A DNA stretch of 64,000 nucleotides from an uncultured Acidimicrobiaceae bacterium. Lineage in GTDB: Bacteria > Actinomycetota > Acidimicrobiia > Acidimicrobiales > RAAP-2. A model generated the notes under the pieces. That model was given only the letters and a program-made list of their open reading frames with translations. It had not been told where the DNA came from and made no database searches. Position numbers and translations under genes: made by a program. The first letter of the stretch is position 1, and the number at the start of each line of letters is the position of its first letter. Location of the stretch: positions 475,873-539,872 of the forward strand of contig CAWECY010000004.1 in NCBI GenBank assembly GCA_963807775.1, read 5' to 3'. Below are positions 57,266 through 64,000 of this stretch, piece after piece.

Positions 57266-59727
57266 ATGCAGGTCCTCCATGGAACGGCGACCGGTGGTGG
57301 GTCCTCGTCGCAGCGATACAAGCCATCGCACTCCTGGCTACCCGACGCCTGTGCGCTGCTCTGGGTTCTGATTGCGGGCCTGGTCTCACTGGTTCCCGCA
57401 CTTGTGCACGGAACGCACCTTGGACCCTTCGACCTCTTGGCCCAGTTTGGTCTGACGCAACGACCCGGTGTCGTAGCCCACAACGGCTACGTCGGTGACC
57501 AGATCAACGCAATCATGCCGTGGACGACGCTCGCAGCCATGCAAGTCCATCACGGTCAATTGCCGTTATGGAATCCTTATAACGGTCTCGGCTCGCCCCT
57601 GGCGTTTAATTGGCAATCGGCGACCTTTGGTCTGCCCGCCTTGATTGGTTATCTCGGGCCAGTTCAGTATGCGTACACAGTAGGAATTGTCGTCACTATC
57701 GTTGTGGCCGGCACGGGAGCCTACGTTTTCGGGCGCACCCTTGGCCTTTCGCCGCTGGCTTCGGCGATGGCTGGAACGGTTTTCGAACTCAGCGGTCCGA
57801 TGGTCATGTGGCTTGGATGGCCTCACGCAGCCGTTGCGTCTTGGTCGGGGTGGATCTTCACCGCCGCCTTGCGCGTCATCAGAGGAAAACGGCGGGTCCG
57901 CAACGTCGTGTTCTTCGCCGTTGTTCTCGCCTTTGCATGCTATGCAGGTCAGCCGGAGATACTCGTTGTACTTCTCTTCAGCTTGGCCATCTTCCTTGCC
58001 ATCACATTGGTCGTCATGGCTTGGAAGAAGAGGTCATGTAAGACGGCCGTCGTCGACCTCGGCATCGCCGGGTTCGCCGGGTTCGCTCTTGCCGCTCCCC
58101 TCTTGCTTCCAGGACTGCAGCTCTATCGCCAGTCGGTCCATAGTGCGACTCGCGGCGTCTCGTCACTCCCCCTCCATTACATCGTTTACCTCGCACTGCA
58201 GGGCTTCGATGGGCTCCCCCTCGCGGGCAGCAAAATGTTCGGCCCGCTTGGACCTTTTTACTTCGGCGGCTACGTGGGCGTCATCGCGCTTGTCCTCGCC
58301 GCTCTGGCCGTCGTGATGCGCCGACGATCAACCGAAGTGATTGCCATCGTGGGTGTCGCACTTGTCTGCTTCCTTCTCGTCTTCGCCGGAGCGATCCCCC
58401 ATTTGGTAGGTATCGTGACCGAAGTCCCGATCCTCGGCGCCAACATTTCACGATTGTTGCTCCCACTGGCGTTCGCTCTCGCGATGTTGGCCGGGGTTGG
58501 ATTCGACTCCCTCGTGACTTCACAAGGGCGCCGCGTTGGAAAGCTACAGGCGCCGGGTTTGCCGCGATTGGCGCTGGTCTCTTTCTTCTGTTTCTGGCGA
58601 CAACCTGGACCTTTTCCGGCCACATTACGTTTGAAGATCGCTTACGAGTTAGAAGTTTTATTTGGCCATCCATTGACGTCGTCGTTGGCCTCATAGTGGT
58701 GGCGACATACCTTGTTTGGACCCGATCCGTACCGCGAGAAAGACGGTCGGGGACGGACAGTGCTGGCAGAACGTCCAACGGCGACGCGGCGTCCTCAGCC
58801 TTGGGCAGAGTGGTCCGGACGTCCCCTGCGAAGCGCTTCGGCCCGGCGAAATGGGCCGGGCTGGTCATGTTGGCCGCCGAGAGCGTCTTTCTGATCACGG
58901 CCGGCGCCCCCCTCTGGTCGTCCAGCAGCACCTTCTTCACTCCGACGCATGCGATCACCCGGCTGGAGCGCTATGTGGGAGAGTCGACCGTGGGAACAGG
59001 GGCTCCGACTTTGCTCTGTTTCGGACTTGGCATTGATGCCAACGTGAATGCCATGTACGGCGTGCACGAACTGGCTCTCTACGATCCGTTGGAACCGAAA
59101 GACGACTTCTCATCTTTTAAAAAGATCACTGGTCAGTCTGCCGGGTTTCCTTTAGAGAACGAATATTGCCCATCCCTCACCTCCGCCAAGTTGGCTCGGC
59201 GATACGGCGTCGTGTACATCCTCGACCCCCCGACGACTCCGATTCCGAACGGGACGCAATTCGTTGCCCGAATCGGCGGAGAGGACCTGTACCGGGTGCC
59301 CGACTCCTCGGCCGCGACGCTCACGGCCCTCGCTGCGGGCGGAGCGCTGCCACCCGACACCGCTCAGGGGCGGACTGTTCGTGTGGACCACCCAAGTCCG
59401 TCCAGCTGGAAATTGGTGACCGACTCCGCTCAAGCTGAGGTCCTGAGGCTCCATCTCTCGAACGTCCCCGGCTGGCATGCATCCATCGACGGCCGCCCCC
59501 TGGCGCTGTCCACGTTTTCGGGGACGATGATGCAGGCCCGTGTCCCCGCCGGCCGGCACCTGATCGAGCTCACCTACTGGCCCGACACACTGAGCGTGGG
59601 GTTGGTGCTCGCCACTGCGAGTGCGATCGGCCTGGCCGGCGCGCTGCTCGTTTCGGAGCGCCGACGTCGGGTTCGGGGTCGAACAACATCGGCCTGTGGT
59701 CCTTCGACGAACCACCTCTCACCATGA
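57266..59727 (+). CDS. YfhO-family-like membrane protein (GT-C type), split by an apparent frameshift
   Basis: GDQINAIMPWTTLAAMQVHHGQLPLWNPYNGLGSPL and C-terminus VPGWHASIDGRPLALSTFSGTMMQARVPAGRHLIELTYWPDTL plus a final TM fit YfhO. ORF 57266..58696 continues in the frame of ORF 58696..59727, which is open from about 58540 (KATGAGFAAIGAGLFLLFLATTW). Confidence 0.75.
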
Positions 59728-60698
59728 AGCCATCGTCGCCCCACGGCGAAGTTAGACGGAGGCTCGTGATCGTCGCTCCCAGCTACCACGACGTGCCGTC
59801 GTTCACGATCCTCCGCGACCGGGTCCGTGCCGTCGTGGCCTCTACTCCCCTCCTCGACGATCTACTCGTTCGCTTTGTCCTCGTCGACGACACGGGCGGA
59901 CTCGACCCGGAAACCGGCGCCCTCCGAGATCTTGACGACGTCACCATCGTGACGCCCCCTTTCAACCTAGGTCACCAGCGAGCGATCGTGTGCGGGCTCC
60001 GGGTCGTCCTGCCCGATCTGGACCCGTCCGATCTTGTGGTCACCATGGACGCCGACGGAGAGGACCGCCCGGAGGACATCCCCGTCTTCTGGCTCCCCTC
60101 ATAGAGGCGTCGGGTCAAACCGGCACGCTCTGTGTCGCCCGGCGAACACAACGGCAGGAGTCGGCCAGCTTCCGGGTGATGTACTTCTTCTTCCTGATCA
60201 TGTTCAGGGTACTGACCGGGACAACCGTGCGGAGCGGCAATTTCGCCGCCTACGACGGCTGGCTCGCGCAGAGAATCCTGCGTCACCCACACTTTGACTT
60301 GTGCTACTCCTCGTCGCTGGTGAGTTTGTCGATCCCGGTCACGTCCGTCCCGTGCCCACACCGGCAGGCGCTACGCCGGGCGCTCCCGCATGAACCTCCT
60401 CCGGCTGATCATGCACGGCACCCGGATGTTGATGCCGTTCACAGACCGGATCGCCACGCGGGCGCTGGTCACCTTCTCAGCCATCTTCGGAGCGGGAATC
60501 TTCTTCGCCCTGGTCGTGCTCGGAATCCGGATCTTCACGTCGAACGGCGTGCCCGGCTGGGCGACCGCCACCCTGCTCGGCATTTTCATCCTCTCGTTCA
60601 TCGCGCTAGGTAACTTTGTCGTGCTCTTCGTCGTGTTCTCGCATTCCCGAGGCGTCTCGATGGTTGGATTGGAGGATGATCTTGACCGAAGCGCTTGA
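59724..60698 (+). CDS. GtrB/DPM1-type GT2 polyprenyl-phosphate glycosyltransferase with two apparent frameshifts
   Basis: Piece 1: LVIVAPSYHDVPS, VLVDDTGG and VTMDADGEDRPEDIP. Piece 2, in another frame from about 60080: RLLAPLIEASGQTGTLCVARRTQRQESASFRVMYFFF. Piece 3 from about 60365: GRRYAGRSRMNLLRLIMHGTRMLMPF plus two C-terminal TM helices. Confidence 0.8.
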
Positions 60699-61412
60699 GG
60701 CACATCTGCGTAGGCAAATCGAACACTCGCGGCGGTTCTTCTGGCAGAGGCTCCGCTGGAGGGTGGTCCGTGAATACCTGCCTGCCGGAGCTCCTTTCAC
60801 GCTGGTGGACGTAGGAGCGGGAGCCGGGCTCCTGGCGGAATTCCTGTCCAAGGATCGCCCAGAGGTCACGTATCAATTCGTCGAGCCCCTCGAGTCCCTA
60901 CGGGAATTTCTGAGGGAGCGGCACGGACCCGGCGCCGACGCTTCAGCCGCAGCGACCTTCGGGTCCGCCCACGCCGTGACGCTGCTCGATGTGCTGGAGC
61001 ACCAAGAGAACGATGCAGAATTTCTCAGGCAGCTGGTGGCCAAGATGGCGCCAGGCTCGAAATTGCTCCTGACCGTCCCGGCCCAGCAGCGCCTGTGGTC
61101 GCAGTGGGATGTCGTGCTGGGCCACTACCGCCGGTACGACCTCGCGTCCCTGGCGGCGTCCGCGGAGAACCTGCCGCTCGTCATCGATGAGATGAGCTAC
61201 CTGTTCCCGGAGATGGTCCCGTTGGCCCTGGTTCGAGCCCGCCGACGCAGCGGCGGCGAAAAGAACAGCGGGGTGTCCGAAACGCCGAGTTCCCGGATCT
61301 CCCCGGATTCATAAACGACGCTCTTTACGGACTCGGCAGCGCATCGCTCGCACTGCGCAGGCGGTGGAGGACGGGAACATCGCTCTTCATGGCGGCGAGG
61401 GTGCAGGGCTGA
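60676..61412 (+). CDS. Class I SAM-dependent methyltransferase with an apparent frameshift near the 3' end
   Basis: LVDVGAGAGLLAEFL, VTLLDVLEHQ and MAPGSKLLLTVPA. The expected C-terminus EFPDLPGFINDALYGLGSASLALRRRWRTGTSLFMAARVQG* is in another frame from about 61275, at a GAAA run. Confidence 0.7.
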
Positions 61413-61850
61413 GCGCCACGGCTGGTGACGGTCAGCCTCACTGTCACCGGCCACGGGCCCAGATCGACACTCTCTCCACATGATCTTGGACGCCGAGATC
61501 GGCGAGCAAGGGATTGAGCCCACTCGACCGGGGGCCGGCTCAACGAGGACGAGGGCAGGGCGGAGGACGATGCTGCCCGAGGACGGTCCACACCGTGATC
61601 TGATCAAGTGGTCGCTGGCAGATACCCAATATTTCAGCCAATGGTTACGAACCGGCCTCTTTGATGTTCGGCGGACCCGGTGCCTCCTGCGTCAATCTCG
61701 AGCTGATGTATCGAACAGATCGATAAGCCAAAGGTTTTATGCCACAAATCGCTCGCCGGGCTTTCAAGATCCTGCGACTTGATTTTCGGAACGGCTAAGG
61801 AGGCAAAATCGACTTTACCGTGTGCCAATCACACCCCAGCGCACCTTAAG

Positions 61851-62726
61851 TTAAGGGCCCTTCTTGTGGAGGCTGGAAGTGGCCCGATGGACCGATCGAC
61901 GCGCCAACGGCCCAACGGCACATGTGGCTCGGCGGGCTTTGAGCAACTCGATGTTCGCGTTCCGAAAGCGCGCAGCAGGAAGCCGAGACTTCACCGTCGG
62001 CCAGTCCCCTTCGATTGTTCCAAGCAACGAATGCTTCGACCCCTCGAGAGCGCTGAACGGCATGGCCATGTAGTGGTTCACGATGTCTTCGAAATTTTCG
62101 CTTAAAACCGTTGAATGTGGATCGAGTCTTCGAACCAATCCTAGCCCCGTTGGAGCAATATCGATGACGGATATGTCCAGGTCGGGACGCCGTTCTCTCA
62201 GAAGCAGGATAAGGCGCCAGACATCTCCACTCCAGATGGTTGTTGCTTGATCCCGAGCCGCGCTGAGCTCGTCGACGGGTAAGCAGTCATGAATCAGAAG
62301 AACAGTCCCGGGAGATGATGCACGTTCGAAGTTGATGAAGTCACGAAGCGCAAACTCGAAGCGATGCATTCCGTCTATGAAACCGAGGTCAAGGGGAAGA
62401 CCGCCAAAAAGTCGCCGGAGGTCATGCTGTGCGAAGAAATCGTCGCTGGTTTGATTGAAGATCCGAGTGCCCCGCCGCAAGGGAAATTGCAGGTTCGGAG
62501 CAGGATCCACACCGATTGACACAGTTCCAGGAAGCGCCAGAGTCAGTGAACGCCCCAACGACACTCCAATTTCTGCGTAGGTTCGCGGAACGAGGTGCTG
62601 ATGGATCTTGTCGAGCAACCCAAAATAGGGCTGCCACGGCGGGATGCGTTGTTCGTATACCCAATCGACGAGTTGCAAGAACAGGATTGTAAGGCCCGGC
62701 GCCATAGGTTTGGCAACTGTCCTCAA
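61851..62726 (-). CDS. Class I SAM-dependent methyltransferase (Methyltransf_24-like)
   Basis: YAEIGVSLGRSL...VSIGVDP...LGFIDGMHRFEFALRDF...VLLIHDCLP. Confidence 0.7.
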   Translation of the reverse strand: MRTVAKPMAPGLTILFLQLVDWVYEQRIPPWQPYFGLLDKIHQHLVPRTYAEIGVSLGRSLTLALPGTVSIGVDPAPNLQFPLRRGTRIFNQTSDDFFAQHDLRRLFGGLPLDLGFIDGMHRFEFALRDFINFERASSPGTVLLIHDCLPVDELSAARDQATTIWSGDVWRLILLLRERRPDLDISVIDIAPTGLGLVRRLDPHSTVLSENFEDIVNHYMAMPFSALEGSKHSLLGTIEGDWPTVKSRLPAARFRNANIELLKARRATCAVGPLARRSVHRATSSLHKKGP

Positions 62727-62849
62727 CGAAGTGCTCTGGCCACCAAGGGGACGAAGGACGGGAACTCGTGCACCCCGTTCCGCTGGATCTATAACGGCGA
62801 GCTTCTACGAGTCGCGTAACCTGGGAGAGGACGAGGATTGCCCCCGGCC

Positions 62850-64000
62850 TCAGCTCACTGTCAGGGAGAACGTCTGGGCCCCGTGGGTGATCGGCGTGAT
62901 CGCCAGGAAATGCAAGCTGTACGGGGCGATCCTGGCTGCCGTGGGTTCGCCCGCCAACACCCCCGTTCCGTTGCCCAAATACGTGAAGGTGACACCAGGG
63001 GGAAGTGTGCCGGTTTGCTCGATGTTGGTCACGGCCGGGTACACGTGCGAGGTCTCTACGGTGATGCTGTTCTGCGTGCCGTGTGTGAAGGTGGTTGACG
63101 CGGCGCTGGTGATCGTGGGCTTCTCGTCGACGGTGAGGACCACCGGCTGCGTGGCTGTGCCAAGGACATTGGTCGCCGTGAGAGAGATGTCGTAGACGCC
63201 ACCGCTGCCCGGTTGGGGGATCCCGACGATCTCAGCGCGCCCGTTGGCCAGCGGGCTGAAGGACAGGCCATTGGGGAGTTGGCCCGTCTCGCTGACCGTC
63301 GGCGCCGGATAGCCCGAGGTGCGGATGGTGAAGATCTGGGTCAATAGCGAGCCCACTTTGAACGTCTTTGCAGCAACTGAAATGAAGGCCGGCGCGTAGC
63401 CGACGGTCAACGTGAAGGTCTGTGTGGCGAAGGCCGTGTTCGTGGCCTTCACTGTGAAAATGTAGATGTGCTTCGTGCCCACCGGTGGGGTGCCGCTCAG
63501 TGTCGCACTGCCCAATCCTGGCCTCACCGAGAGCCAGGTCGGCAGCCTGAGGCCCGACGCCAAAGCGGCCGTGACCAGCGGCGTCGGAGTCCCGGTGGCC
63601 GTGAAGGTGAACGTGTTCGGGGACCCGTCGAGGAACGCGTCATCGGGGGCGTTCGATGGGGCCATCACGGTCGGCATGCTGACCATCAGGGTGAAGTCCT
63701 GGGTACCCGACGGCGCCGGTGTCACGCCGTTGGACGCCGTGATGACGATCGGATACGTGCCGACGGCGAGCGGCAGGTGGCGTGCCCGACAGGACCCCGG
63801 CCCGGTTCAAGGTGACGCCGGCCGGGAGGGCACCGGTTTCGGTGAAGATCGCTGCGGGCTCGGCAGAGGCGGTGAACTGGAAACTCGAAAACTGGCTCAC
63901 GTCGAAGGTCGCTTGGGCGATGTTCGAGATGTTCGGGGCGAAACCGGGGAAGCTCTCGACCGCACCAATGTTGCAGGACAGTTCCGCCAAACGGTCGGTT
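62850..64000 (-). CDS. Surface protein with tandem Ig-like (He_PIG / cadherin-like) repeats. It is partial (runs off the window end) and has an apparent frameshift.
   Basis: At least four repeats of about 90 aa follow the pattern F.FTA.G.P.P...(E/Q)TG.LP.G(V/L)(S/T)F...G...(L/I).G.P...G.Y....A.N..G...Q.F.LTV. ORFs 63640..63990 and 62850..63725 join if one base is corrected near 63770-63785 (LSGTP / LPLAVGTYPIVITASNGVTPAPSG). Confidence 0.75.

Overview
This is a high-G+C, Actinomycetota-like chromosomal window. By eye it is roughly 70% GC up to about 40.5 kb. It has three parts.

(1) 1-22.8 kb is a stress/dormancy-style neighbourhood. It holds a divergent NarL/LuxR response regulator and GAF histidine kinase (DosR/DosS-like), a WS/DGAT triacylglycerol synthase, a universal stress protein, a CBS-pair protein and two PPOX-fold proteins. 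It also holds a Zn alcohol dehydrogenase, a translationally coupled phosphoketolase-acetate kinase pair, a thiolase next to an HMG-CoA-synthase-like/DUF35 fusion, two tandem class III nucleotide cyclases, and one IS5-family insertion. A near-identical 15-nt box recurs in three promoter regions here.

(2) 22.8-40.5 kb is an ABC-transporter-dependent (Wzm/Wzt) surface-glycan locus. It has GT4/GT2 transferases, at least five methyltransferases, two sulfotransferases and a decayed asnB-like gene.

(3) 40.5-62.8 kb is a visibly lower-G+C island (mid-50s % by eye). It encodes five large polytopic GT-C/YfhO-like membrane proteins: two paralog pairs plus one YfhO-like protein. It also encodes two polyprenyl-phosphate-sugar-synthase-type GT2 enzymes, methyltransferases, a 2OG-Fe(II) oxygenase, an acyltransferase-3 and several gene remnants. 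A tandem Ig-like (He_PIG-type) repeat surface protein follows it.

I consider this island the best candidate for an undescribed extracytoplasmic glycan or protein-glycosylation system.

At least nine otherwise well-conserved genes are interrupted by single-nucleotide frameshifts, mostly at short homopolymers. This indicates either consensus errors or real gene decay and must be resolved before any functional claim. I saw no rRNA, tRNA or CRISPR array. All family assignments are by-eye motif recognition, not database searches.
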